A DNA stretch of 64,000 nucleotides from Octopus bimaculoides. Taxonomy: Eukaryota. Positions 50,800 through 62,602 of this stretch are shown here, piece after piece (positions within the stretch are counted from its first letter, which is position 1; every line of letters starts with the position of its first letter). The DNA is taken from the NCBI RefSeq assembly GCF_001194135.2, contig NC_068990.1, positions 29,571,209 through 29,635,208 of the forward strand, read 5' to 3'. The position numbers were made by a program, and so were the translations under genes. Below the pieces are notes generated by a model. It had not been told where the DNA came from. It ran no database searches and saw only the letters and a list, made by a program, of their open reading frames with translations.

Positions 50800-51120
50800 G
50801 GGTACTCGGCTCATGATAGTCAAGTCATAAGTTTGATTCCCAGCAGTACATTGTATCCTTCAGCAAGATACTTTATTTCATGTTGCTGCAGTCCACTCAG
50901 TTGGGAAAAAAATGAGTTGTACCTGTAATTCAAAAGAACCTAGCCCTTGTTGTATTCTGTGTCATGCTGAATCTCCCCCAGGACTATGTTAAGAGTATGT
51001 ATGTTTGTGGAGTGCTCAGCCACTTGCAAATTGATTTCATGAGCTGACCAGCTTATCGGTTTCACTGATTGGATCAACTGTAACACTTGTCACCGTAACC
51101 AACAAAGTGCCAGTTATGAA
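50800..51120 (+). mobile_element. tRNA-derived SINE family D, representative copy
   Basis: tggttagggtactcggctc...ccttcagcaagatacttt...ggagtgctcagccacttgca; related pieces at ~3620-3890, 5160-5330, 7070-7290, 20700-20880, 28780-28900(-), 47420-47590. Confidence 0.7.
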
Positions 51121-51308
51121 GAATGGTTAGCAAAAACACTGCCATCATCGTTTGAACACTTCCATGCATGATGTTTTCAATACCAACAATATTTTATTTC
51201 TGGTTCTTTCTTTGATTTTGTTATTCATTTATCCATCCTTGTCTCTATAAAAACTAATAACGATGCAACATGTTTGAGTTATTTTCCCTTTTCTTTTCTT
51301 CATTTCAG

Positions 51309-51464
51309 TATGTGATGTGTTGCCATTGGTTCTTCAGAAATGTCGGGTGTCTTTTACGTCAGCAGACCTCTACACATGGATGCAAAAAGCAATACAATTT
51401 TATATTTCATACGTCACACAACCACCAAGCCCTTTAGAATGTAGTACGGCTCCATCCTCATCAG
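51309..51464 (+). CDS. INTS10: INTS10 coding exon
   Basis: tttcag|TA...TCA G|gtgaga; 156 nt, phase 1/1; (V)CDVLPLVLQKCRVSFTSADLYTWMQKAIQFYISYVTQPPSPLECSTAPSSS (VCDVLPL motif). Confidence 0.93.
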
Positions 51465-51899
51465 GTGAGAAGTAATTTTTCTCTTTTAATTTCATGGCAA
51501 TGGATTGACAGACTTGGTAGAGCATCAGAGAAAATGCCCAGCAGCATTTGTTTCAGCTCTTTACATTCATCATCATTTAACGCTCGTTTTCCATGCTGGT
51601 GTGGGTTGGATGGTTGGACAGGAGTCACACCAGGTTTCATAGTCTGGTTTGACTTGGTTTCTTCAGCTGGATGCCCTTCCTAACGCCAACCATTTTACAG
51701 AGTAGACTGGACTGAGTATATTTTATTGTGTTATTAGGAATTTGGTTGACAGGACCAAACTAGCTTCTCTTCACTCTATCACTTGACAATCATCCGAATT
51801 GCTGCCCGTCTTGATGAGTTACCTCCCCTGTAGTTCATGGAGTTTTCATTCCTCTCCGTACTTCATCATTGTCTTCTCCTTCTCTTCTTTCTCCTGCTT

Positions 51900-52430
51900 C
51901 TGCCCATCGTAGGTCAACAACACGTTGCGTGTTCTTGTTCAGTAACCATCTCTAGCAGGTTCGCATGTGGGCTACATGGCCTGCTCCTGATCTGCTGCAA
52001 GTGAAACTACTTGACACAATGGAGAAGTGCCGACTCTCATGTGCCCTTTCATATCTTCTCTGTTGTTTCTCCTAAATGGCTGGAATTATGAGCTTCAATG
52101 ATCGGTGCCATTCATCCTGCCACAGGGCCTTCTCCTCCTCCCAGGTGTCAGGGGAGATGCTGGAGTTCTTCGTATATCTATTCAGTACATCACTGCATCA
52201 CAACATCTGGCCACCACAGCTCCACCTGCTCTGATCCAGTTCAGCATAGGACGCTGCCTTTGGGAGCCTGCTGCTCTCCATCCTGCAAACAGATGCTTAT
52301 TGACTTACTGCTGCTCTTCTTGGCGACTCACAGACAACACAACCCCTCTCCATGTAGATTCTTCTTCAGAGTTACTGCTCCCCTGGATGGGTTGCTATCA
52401 CTGCAGCTTGCAGAGCTCACCTTTCCTCTA
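51900..52430 (-). mobile_element. RTE/BovB-like LINE 3' fragment, decayed
   Basis: CRMESSRLPKAASYAELDQSRWSCGGQ...ISPDTWEEE resembles RM...RLPK...Y.EL..G.R..GGQ...TWEE. Confidence 0.75.
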
Positions 52431-53286
52431 TGACTATGAAGATTAAGATGTGGTGTGAAAGTACTCAGTACATGCGGGAGAATTTATATCTTTTATCTTT
52501 TACTTGTCTCGATCATTATGCTGGGGCAACACCCTGAAGAATTCTAGTTGAACAAAACGACTCCAGCACTTATTTCTTTGCAAGCCTGGTACTTATTCTA
52601 ACAGTCTCTTCTACTGAACTGCTAAGTTATGAGGATGTAAACACACCAACCCTGGTTATCAAGAATGGCAGGGGACAAATATAGTCACACAGGCATTCTC
52701 ACACACACACACACACACACACATTCTGGGCTTCTTTTAGTTTCCATCCACCAGATCCATTCACAAAGCTTTTGTTGGCCCAAAGCTATAGTAGAAGACA
52801 CCCAAGATGCCATGTAGTGGGACTGAACCCAGAACAATATGGCTGGGAAGCAAACTTCTTACCACACAGCCATATTTATAATGTGACCATGCCGGCCTAG
52901 TGGTCATGGTGTTGTAGTCATGAGATAGGAAGGTCATGGTTTCTATTCCCAGACCAGCTGTACATTGTATTCTTGAGCAAGATCTTCATTTTATGTTGCT
53001 TCTATCCACTAAGCTTTAAATATGTAACCCTGCAATGGACTCATGTCCCATTCAGAATAAAGATATTGTGATCTCGGTCCCTTCGCCACTTTGGAAACCC
53101 AGTAACCAGTTCTGTGTATCCTAGGACTTGAAGAGATATTTGTATGCTACCATTACTCTTCTCACCAAGTTGTCAGAACCCAATACAGTGGTTATCAGAC
53201 TTGTTAATATCCTGGCCAGATCCAAAACCTGGATTTTTTTAGGGGGCTGCATTAAAAAAAGTAAAACACTAGTAAGTAAAGAAAAA

Positions 53287-53659
53287 TTTATAGTAAAGAT
53301 TGTTTGCCAACATAACATGGCAGTCCTAGTTTAGGACGAATGTTGCTGTAATTTAACCCCAGGAGACATCATCTCTAGCTAGCTATACGACACAATCTGT
53401 GTCCTTATATTTTCAAACAAAGAAATCTAGCACCCCCTACTCAGCTCAAAACAATATCTGTGTATCGTGATTTCCGGGTTGTATCCCTTCATCAGCGCAG
53501 AATAATTGTTCAGCTGGAGGTGGTGCTGTCTAATTCCCGTTTGAAATATATAGTTTTCAAAGTGACAATATAAGGACACAGATCGTGTAGTATAGACAGT
53601 TGGAGACGATGTCTCCTGGGGCTAAATTACAGCAACATTAGTCCTAAACCACGACTGCC
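53287..53659 (-). mobile_element. Family HH-3 element with inverted 3' fragment (arms 53319-53411 and 53567-53659), nested in a hAT-like MITE
   Basis: ~93-bp inverted arms flank the hammerhead; the 3' tail recurs at 44767-44806. Confidence 0.72.
53457..53501 (-). ncRNA. Minimal type-I hammerhead ribozyme motif (HH-3)
   Basis: UCUGCG CUGAUGA A GGG-auacaa-CCC G GAA AUCACGAU A CACAGA; near-palindromic stem III; stem I 5 of 6 paired. Confidence 0.65.
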
Positions 53660-53910
53660 TATCTCTCATTGTGAGATTTAAAAATAGTAATTTTCTAAAG
53701 AAAAATTTGTTATATTTATTGTGGGAAGACCATCAGGGGCTGCCAGAAGGATGATTGTGGGCTGCTCGAGGGCCTGGGAGCCGTGGTTGAGAACTGCTAG
53801 CCCAACATATAGCATTTTATTCTTTCTGTAAAACATTATAAAAATGCTGTCACTCCTCGTAGAGATTTGAAGGGTTTTTTGTCTTATGCAGTTTTTATTT
53901 CCTTTTCTAG

Positions 53911-54079
53911 ATATTTTGTCACCAACCAAGCAGTCTATGAAGAAATATCCATTAATTGTTGGTTTACAAGAAAAAGAAAGTCAGGTTTCTGATCCGTGGG
54001 GAAGTCTCTTCAAACTGATCCAGCAAATATCAGTTTTACTCAAATGGGATATTGATCCAGATTTTTTTTCTAAACCCAG
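53911..54079 (+). CDS. INTS10: INTS10 coding exon
   Basis: ttctag|AT...CCC AG|gttagt; 169 nt, phase 1/2; (D)ILSPTKQSMKKYPLIVGLQEKESQVSDPWGSLFKLIQQISVLLKWDIDPDFFSKP (I.GL.EK.SQ..DPW..LFK motif). Confidence 0.93.
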
Positions 54080-54324
54080 GTTAGTATAGACATCATCATC
54101 ATCATCATCATCTTCATTGTATTGTTTGCTTTTCCAGGCTTGCATGGGTTGGACAGAGTTTATTGAGGCAGGTTTTCCCCAAGCTGGATGCCCTTCCTCT
54201 CACTGATCCTCACCTNNNNNNNNNNCCCCAGCTGGAAATTGCTTTTGCAGAATATTGCAAAGGATAAGAGCATGACTCTCATTTACAACTACCATGCACT
54301 GTCAAAATAAGGAGACACAAACAT

Positions 54325-54361
<37 letters not shown>

Positions 54362-55147
54362 TACATGTGTGTGTGTGTGATGGGATTCTTTCAGGTTCTG
54401 TCTACCAAATCCACTCATATGGCTTTGGTAAGTCCAGGGCAATAATAGTAGAAGACATTTGCCTCAGGTCCCATAGTGTAGGACTGAACTGAAAACCATG
54501 TGGTTGAGAAGCCAACTTTTTACCATACAGCCACACTTTTACCTTTTGAAAATTTGAACAAAAATGATTTTTGGTTCAATTTTTCAGTTGAACGAATGAA
54601 AGTGTTAATAAAGAATTATCCAAAATTCTAACAGCCTCCTTTTTCATAATATATATGTGTGTGTATGTGAGCATATGTGTGTGTGTGTGTGTTTGTATGT
54701 GTGAGTCTGTGTGTGTGTGTGTTTGTGTCTGTGTTTGTCCCCTGCCACTACTGCTTGCCAGCTGGTGTCGGTGTCTCCATAACTTACTGCTTCAGCAAAA
54801 GAGACCGATAACCATAAGTACCAGACTTAGAAAATGGTAAATTCTGGGATTGTTTCATTTGTCAGAAATTCCTTCACAGCAGTGCTCCAGCATGGCCACA
54901 TGGCTGCAACAAGTAAGAAATAAAAAAAAAAAGATATATAATTTTTCATTTGCTTTCATAAATTTGAATTTCCCATCTCCATTCATTCCTGATACAATCA
55001 CAACAAACTGGACAAAAAACAGTTGCATCTAATTATTCTTTGGACAACATATGAAACGATTGTAGAGAAACATAAATTAATGCTTTTCCATAAAGAATTT
55101 TGTGATTGCTAATTTTTCTTGTATTTCTGTCTCGCTTTCACTCTCAG

Positions 55148-55305
55148 AGACTACCAATGGCAGCAGATATTGATTTTACACTCAAGAGCAGGACAAACCA
55201 ATCAAGAAAGCAGCTATCACCAGATATTATATATGACTGCAGTTGTGTTCCTTAATTGCCTCTACTCCTATATCAGTTGTGTTGATGCAGAGATTTTTGT
55301 GTCAG
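55148..55305 (+). CDS. INTS10: INTS10 coding exon
   Basis: ctctcag|A...TCA G|gtaaat; 158 nt, phase 2/1; (R)DYQWQQILILHSRAGQTNQESSYHQILYMTAVVFLNCLYSYISCVDAEIFVS; phases fit both neighbours. Confidence 0.88.
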
Positions 55306-56761
55306 GTAAATATAGGAAGCTAAATAGAGCTTCTTCCTTCTTTTAATTCCTCTTCTTTGTCCTTGATGGAGACATTATTGTTTTTATTGTTGTTATTATT
55401 ATTATTATTATAAATAAGGTGGTGAGCTGGCAGAATTGTTAGCACACCGGGCAAAATGCTTCACGGCATTTCATCCGTCCTTGGTCGACTTTGCTTTCAT
55501 CCCCTTTGGGGTCGATGAATTAAGTACCAGTTGCATACTGAGGTCAAGCTAATCAACTGGCCTCCTCCCGCCCAAATTTCAGGCCTTGTGCCTAGATGTA
55601 GAAAGGATCATTACTATTGTTGTTGTTGTTGTTGTTGTTGTTGTTATTAAGGCAGTGAGCTGGCAGAACCGTTAGCACACTGGACAAAATGCCTCATGGT
55701 ATTTCACCCATTGCTACGTTCTGAGTTCAAATTCCACCAAGGTTGACTGTGCCTTTCATCCCATTTGGGGTCGATAAGATAAGTACCAGTTAAATACTGG
55801 GCTTGATGTAATCGACTAGTCCCCTCTCACCAAATTTCAAGCTTTGTGCCTTTAGCAAAAAGTATTATTGTTATTATTATTATTATTATAAAGTGATTGG
55901 CATTAGGAAGGGCCTCCAGCTGTAGAAACTCTGCCAGATCAGATTGGAGCCTGGTGCAGCCATCTGGCTCACCAGTCCCCAGCCAAACCGTCCAACCCAT
56001 GCCAGCATGGAAAGCCGATGATGATGATGATGATGATGATGATAAAGGTGGCAAGCTGGCAGAATTATTAGCATACTGGACAAGATGCATGATATGAGTT
56101 CAAATTCCGCCAAGGCCTATAAAATAAGTACCAGTGGAGCACTGGGGTTGATGTAATCGACTTAGCCCTTCCCCTGAAATTGCTGGCCTTGTGCCAAAAT
56201 TTGAAGCTGTAGATGTGAGCTCCATGCTGGTAGCACATGAAAAAGTACCATCCAAACATAGCCAATGCCAGTGCCACTTTGACTGGCTTCTGTGCCGGTG
56301 GCACGTAAAAAGCACCATTTGATCGTGGTCGATGCCAGCTCCTCTGGCCCCTGTGCCAGTGGCACATAAAAAACACCCACTACACTCTTGGAGTGGTTGG
56401 CGTTAGGAACGGCATCCAGCTGTAGAAAAACTGCCAGTCAGATTGGGGCCTGGTGTAGCCTCCTGGCTTCCCAGACCCCAGTCAAACCGTCCAACCCATG
56501 CCAGCATGGAAAACGGACGTTAAACGATGATGATGATTGTTATTATTAAGGTGGTGAGCTGGCAGAACTGTTAGCATGCCAGACAAAAAGCTTAGTTGCA
56601 TTTCGTCTATATTTATGTTCTGAGTTCAAATTCTACCGATGTTGACTTCACCTTTCTTCCTTTTGGGGTCAATGAAATAAGTACCAGTTATGCACTGGGG
56701 TCGATGTAATCGACTAGCCTCCTCCTTCAAAATTTCAGGCCTTGTGTTTATAGTAGAAAGG

Positions 56762-56796
<35 letters not shown>

Positions 56797-57110
56797 CACC
56801 GCTTATGTGGTGGTAACACTCATTCACAACTATCACCTGATGTCAAGGCAAAGAGACACAGACACTCACACACACCCGCACACACACACACACACACATA
56901 CAATGAGCTTCTTTCAGTTTCTGTTAGTCTACTAAATCCACTCACAAGGCTTTGGTTGGCCTGAGGTTAAAGTAGAAGACACTTGCCCAAGGTGCCACAC
57001 AGCAGGACTGAACTTGAAACCTCCTGGTTGAGAAGCATACTTCTTAACCACACAACCATGCCTTCCCATATTTCATTTTACACAAATATTATGACTGTTA
57101 TTTCTTGCAG

Positions 57111-57180
57111 GTTCTGCCATAGGCCTACCGGCACCCCTTGTTCTTTTAGAAGGAATTAAAACAGAACGGTCAAATTCCGA
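57111..57180 (+). CDS. INTS10: INTS10 coding exon
   Basis: ttgcag|GT...TCC GA|gtaagt; 70 nt, phase 1/2; (G)SAIGLPAPLVLLEGIKTERSNS (PLVLLE motif). Confidence 0.88.
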
Positions 57181-58210
57181 GTAAGTCTATTTTATGATTT
57201 TTTGTCTATTATATTTCAAAATTTTGTTAGTTTTCATTTCCTTATTCATTCATTTAAGACTTCAGGTGGCAAAAATTGGTGGAGCATTTAGCAAAATGCT
57301 TAGGTCCAATGCTTTACATTCTGAGTTCAAAACCCACCAAGATCAATAAAATAAATTCTAGTTAAGGATTAAATCAACTCTTTTCATACCAGCCTGTCTG
57401 AAGATCAACTCTGGTTTTATGATACAAACTTTGTTCCAAAATTATCTGAACCAATGTTTTACAACCATCTTTTTACCTATGTACACCTTGGATTACTATA
57501 TTGTTCTTGTGCACCTCTACAGCCCTTCAGTGTTTAAAAGCTAGTTTTATAGATACTTCTTTCAGAATTCCTATTTTGTTATTCACACATTCACTCGTGT
57601 AGGTTTTCAAAGAACATGTTTCAGGGGCCAGAAACATGTTGAACTACGGAAGGTATAAGAGAAAGAAATCAAGCTGTTTCTGGCATTAAATACATCTGAA
57701 GCTTGGTCCCATGTTGGGGACACGTAAAAAGCACCATTCGAGCGTGGTCGTTGCCAGTGCCACCTGACTGACTCCTGTGCTGGTGGTACGTGAAAAGCAC
57801 CATTTGAGCGTAGTCGTTGCCAGTGCCACCTGACTGACTCCTGTGCCAGTGGCATGTAAAATGCAACCACTACACTCTCGAAATGGTTGGCATTAGGAAG
57901 GGCATCCAGCTGTAGAAACTTTGCCAGATCAGATTGGAGCCTGGTGCAGTCTTCTGGCTTGCCAGCCCTCAATCAAACCGTTCAACCCATGCCAGCATGA
58001 AAAACTGGGAACAAGGAGTTAAAGTATATACAAGTATGAGAAAGGGGTGAACAGTTTCGTTCTTGTAGAGGAGCTGAGCATTTTAATATAATCTATTATC
58101 TTTCATCATTATCATCATCGTTTAACGTCCACCTTCCATGCTAGCATGGGTTAGACGATTTGACTGAGGACCGGTGATTCAAATGGCTGCACCAGGCTGT
58201 AATCTGCCTT

Positions 58211-58244
<34 letters not shown>

Positions 58245-58384
58245 TGAAAATTAAATTATTAATTACTCTGGCTCTTTATATTTTAATTTTTCTTTCTGAA
58301 TTAATAATTTTGAATTGTTTTAAATATCTTCTTTATTTAATTTTAATTCTATTTATTTATTTATTTTTTCTCGGTTTACCAAAG

Positions 58385-58542
58385 AACGAAAGTAAAGAAG
58401 CTTCGACCAGAGATTCAGACTTCTTCTTACCCTCATGTTACAGCTAGTGCTGAAATTCCAGATTCTCAAATGATCATCAATCATTTTATAATTGCTCACA
58501 AATGTTACGAATTGCTCCATTCAAACGATATTTTACAGAGAG
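58385..58542 (+). CDS. INTS10: INTS10 coding exon
   Basis: ttaccaaag|A...AGA G|gtaaga; 158 nt, phase 2/1; (E)TKVKKLRPEIQTSSYPHVTASAEIPDSQMIINHFIIAHKCYELLHSNDILQR; the acceptor is a weaker AAG, so the 5' edge is less certain. Confidence 0.85.
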
Positions 58543-59079
58543 GTAAGAAGAAAAAAAGGAACCTGTTTATGGTCTCTACCCAGTTATCTCCCCTCGGTAT
58601 TCCTAAACAATCCGTTGAAATGTACGCACGCACACACACATCTACTTTTATATGTAATAATAATATTAGGAATAATAATATAACACAAGAGAACGAATTT
58701 TGCCTTTCCTTACTGGCAGTTTCACTCTATATTTCTCACACACTCTATAAGGTGATGTGATTCTGTGCATACGTGTGTGTGTGTGTGTGTGTGTTCATTT
58801 TTACGTCTGTTTTTCCATTCTAGCATGGGTTAGACAACTATGTATTGGAAAGGCATTATGCCCTTCTTGGCACTTACCCTTATCTGTTTTTTAAGTAAGG
58901 GACTTCTTATTTCACATGTCTTTCAAAGTGCAAAGTGAGTGGACAGGTTGTGGACAGCAGAAGTGCCAACACCACAAGTGTGGCTGTGTGGTCAAGAAGC
59001 TTGATTCCTGACCACAAAGTTTCAGGTTCAGTCACACTGAATGACATTGCAGGCGTGTGTCTTCCACTGTATATATATA

Positions 59080-59542
59080 NNNNNNNNNNNNNNNNNNNNN
59101 NNNNNNNNNNNNNNNNNNNNNNNNNNNNNNNNNNNNNNNNNNNNNNNNNNNNNNNNNNNNNNNNNNNNNNNNNNNNNNNNNNNNNNNNNNNNNNNNNNNN
59201 NNNNNNNNNNNNNNNNNNNNNNNNNNNNNNNNNNNNNNNNNNNNNNNNNNNNNNNNNNNNNNNNNNNNNNNNNNNNNNNNNNNNNNNNNNNNNNNNNNNN
59301 NNNNNNNNNNNNNNNNNNNNNNNNNNNNNNNNNNNNNNNNNNNNNNNNNNNNNNNNNNNNNNNNNNNNNNNNNNNNNNNNNNNNNNNNNNNNNNNNNNNN
59401 NNNNNNNNNNNNNNNNNNNNNNNNNNNNNNNNNNNNNNNNNNNNNNNNNNNNNNNNNNNNNNNNNNNNNNNNNNNNNNNNNNNNNNNNNNNNNNNNNNNN
59501 NNNNNNNNNNNNNNNNNNNNNNNNNNNNNNNNNNNNNNNNNN
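59080..59542. other. Assembly gap (smaller gaps also at ~5548, 22334, 29689, 54216)
   Basis: N runs. Confidence 0.99.
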
Positions 59543-59794
59543 ATACCTAATTAAATTAATTTAGTTTTTTCCATGCTTTCTTACATATCAGTATTATCAT
59601 TCGAAACGATTGTATGGATTAAAAATTTTATAAAAACTTTTAACATCTTCTCTAATCCATGTGTCGCTGAATTTTTACTGAGAACATATATTTTTTTCGT
59701 GGTTAGATGATTCAGCATCTATTTCTAGCATATAGGAGTCCACTTTTGCTGGTCATTCCTCTTATTTTTGTATATATATGTATATATGTATATG

Positions 59795-59844
<50 letters not shown>

Positions 59845-59887
59845 ATATTATGTAGATATTGTTTCTCTTTCTTTTCTTTTAATATAG

Positions 59888-59970
59888 GTTTTATAAAGCT
59901 TTGTCAGAACTGGCAGTCTGAGACATGGTCATGGATGGCTCATTTTCAAACAGACATGTTTATTTATCAG
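59888..59970 (+). CDS. INTS10: INTS10 coding exon
   Basis: aatatag|GT...CAG|gtaaac; 83 nt, phase 1/0; (G)FIKLCQNWQSETWSWMAHFQTDMFIYQ (W...TW.W...F.TDM.IYQ motif). Confidence 0.94.
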
Positions 59971-61608
59971 GTAAACAAACAGTTCTGCTTCTTTCCTTTT
60001 CACCATTCAAGATATTTTTCTTGTTTGTCATTGACCATCTTTTGTTTGTTTTTCAATGTACAGACCTCACCGGTGCTGGTGCCACGCAAAAGCCACCTAA
60101 GCCACCCTGTGAAGTGGTTGGCATTAGGAATAGCGTCCCATGTAGAAACCATGCCGAAACAGACCTCGGCAGTGTTGCTGTCACGTAAAAATCACTCAGT
60201 CCACTCTGTAAGGCAAATTAGGGTTAGGGTCAGGGTTTGAACCCAGAATGTAGATGTGATGAAAGAAATGCAAAGTTGACCTCTGTGGAATTTAAACTCA
60301 GAATGTAAAGGGCACAAGATGCTGCTAAGCAGTTTTCCTAGCATGGTAATCATTCTGCCAGCTCATTGTCTTCTTAATAATAATAATAATAATAATAATG
60401 ATAATTTCCAAAATGTACCCAGAATCTGAAATTTCCACCTCTGGTCACTCTTGATGTGTCCAACCCGTGCCTCTCTTTGTACAAACTATTACATGCTTGG
60501 TCTTGGGAACATCCCCCCATCCTCTGGAATCTCCACTCTACTCATTTCTCTACAAAAATATAAACAGAGCATTAACACCATCCACCTCAACACTGTCACG
60601 GGGGCTGCAAGAGCCATGAGCTCTGCCCCTCTTTACAGGGGACATCAGATAAAGACTAAAAAGTGTTTCAGAGTTAGTTTAGCTATTATTACTTCATGGT
60701 TTCGCTCCTGTAGGGCAACAAACTGGCAGAAACATTAGCACCCTGGGCAAAGTGCTTTGTAGCTTTTCATTCCTCTTCACATCCTGAGTTCAAATTCCAC
60801 CGCGGTTCACTTTGCCTCCCATCCTTTCAAGGTCAATAAAATAAGTAGCATTTGAGCACTGGGGTCAATGTAATCGACTGGCCCCCTTCTAAATTTCAAG
60901 CCTATTGTACAAAGGATTATTACATGGTTTCACTGCTGTGCAGTGTTTACTTTTGGCTGTCAGTTTCCTCTTGTATAAACAATAAACAATGTGTGAGCTA
61001 TACCTAGGGCCACAGATTGGCTCCCCTGCCGGTGACACGTGAAAAGCACCATTCAAGCGTGGTCGTTGCCAGTGCCGCCGAACAGGCTCCCATGCAGGTA
61101 GCACATAAAAACACCTTTTGAACGTGGTCGTTGCCAGAACCGCCTGATTGGCCCTTGTACCAGTGGCACATAAAAGGCACCCACTACACTCTCAGAGTGG
61201 TTAGCGTTAGGAAGGGCATCCTGCCGTAGAAACTTTGCCAGTCAGATTGAACCTGCTGCAGCCTCTGGCTCACCAGTCCTCATTCAAACCGTCCAACCCA
61301 TGCCAGCATGGAAAGCAGACGTTAAACGATGATGATGATGATGCAGATTTAGGTCCCAGTGGAGGACTGGGGGCTGTCTGGTTACTTATTCTGCATGTTT
61401 TTTACTATCATTTTCCAGTTGCCTATTATGTATTGTGGAGATTGTTTCTGTTTTCTGGCCCCACATTCTGGTTAAATCTATTTCTAGATCTCTTATATTT
61501 GACTAATTTTTTCTTTTTTCTGCAATACCGTTTCCTCTATCTCCATCATTATCATCATCATCATCATCATTCTTTGAATTTATTGCTTACCATTTTTATT
61601 CCAATCAG

Positions 61609-61674
61609 GGTTTATTCCAAGATGCTGTGAGTAATTTACAAAATTTCCAGATTAACTTGTCAGAAAAAATGCAA
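61609..61674 (+). CDS. INTS10: INTS10 coding exon
   Basis: aatcag|GGT...CAA|gtaagt; 66 nt, phase 0/0; GLFQDAVSNLQNFQINLSEKMQ aligns to recalled GQYKKAIASLHHL. Confidence 0.82.
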
Positions 61675-62424
61675 GTAAGTTGAAATATTTTGGTTATAGT
61701 TTCTTATCTTATCATCACCATCATCACCATCATCATTGTCATCGCCTCTACCATCAACATCATCATCACCATCACCACCCAACACTTCTCCCAACAAAGC
61801 CCTTCTCCTTCAATAGGGACCACCTCTAAGTGATTGGTTGGTCTCTTAAAAATTATAAATCTCCCTTAAATCATATCCTGTTATCTAACAAAACAAAACA
61901 AAACAAAAAAAGGGTCAAACACAGAGTATGTTGTAGTCCTAGGTACACTATGTATGTCTGAAAAGAAGTGGATGGTTATGACTAGAATGCTTTTTATTCT
62001 AGGACAGCTTGATCAGAATTGGCCTAGGGCTACAGGAAAATTTAAATTATCACTACCATTGCCTCCATCACCACTACCACCAACATCACCCCATTGCCAC
62101 CACTACCACCACCATCATCATCACTGCCACCCTCACCTCCACCACCACCACCACACTTTGTATGGCCATTATTGTTGTGTTAATGAAGTTTGGCAAAGTG
62201 ATAAGACCATCTTCATGTAGCTAATGTTTTACCATTTTGTTTTTGCTGCCTTTCATGGTTTGGATCAGTGAATAATGTGTGCTTGGGGTTGAATTACTTG
62301 TCAACCTGTAACATGTAGCTGTGTCCTTTTCTGCCACACCCTAGGGACAGGAAAAAAAAAACCAATCTGACTTTCAACCATTTTCATTCCAATTCAAGAA
62401 TTTCCTTTTTTTCAATTGTTTCAG

Positions 62425-62478
62425 TTACGGAAATCGTTACAGCTTGCCTCCTGCTTTCATTGTTTGGGTACATATTCT
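62425..62478 (+). CDS. INTS10: INTS10 coding exon
   Basis: tttcag|TTA...TCT|gtaagt; 54 nt, phase 0/0; LRKSLQLASCFHCLGTYS aligns to QLATCHFALGEY. Confidence 0.9.
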
Positions 62479-62484
62479 GTAAGT

Positions 62485-62493
62485 TGTTGTTGC

Positions 62494-62532
<39 letters not shown>

Positions 62533-62563
62533 GATCATCATCATCATCATCATCATCATATCC

Positions 62564-62597
<34 letters not shown>

Positions 62598-62602
62598 TCA
62601 TT
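62485..62602. repeat. Compound trinucleotide microsatellite (TAT)n-(CAT)n-(CAC)n-(CAT)n
   Basis: Direct inspection; immediately after an INTS10 donor site. Confidence 0.9.

Noticed and set aside
51445-51470. Minus-strand CTGATGA-GG...CC motif
   Set aside because: No GAAA; it coincides with the 3' end of an INTS10 exon (TCA TCA G|gt).
60218-60238. TTAGGG-like telomeric repeat
   Set aside because: Only two perfect and two degenerate units; too short to support an interstitial telomere or a PLE telomere target.
60451-60738. 95-aa ORF as a possible INTS10 exon
   Set aside because: No INTS10 similarity; the flanking exons 59888-59970 and 61609-61674 join in phase without it.
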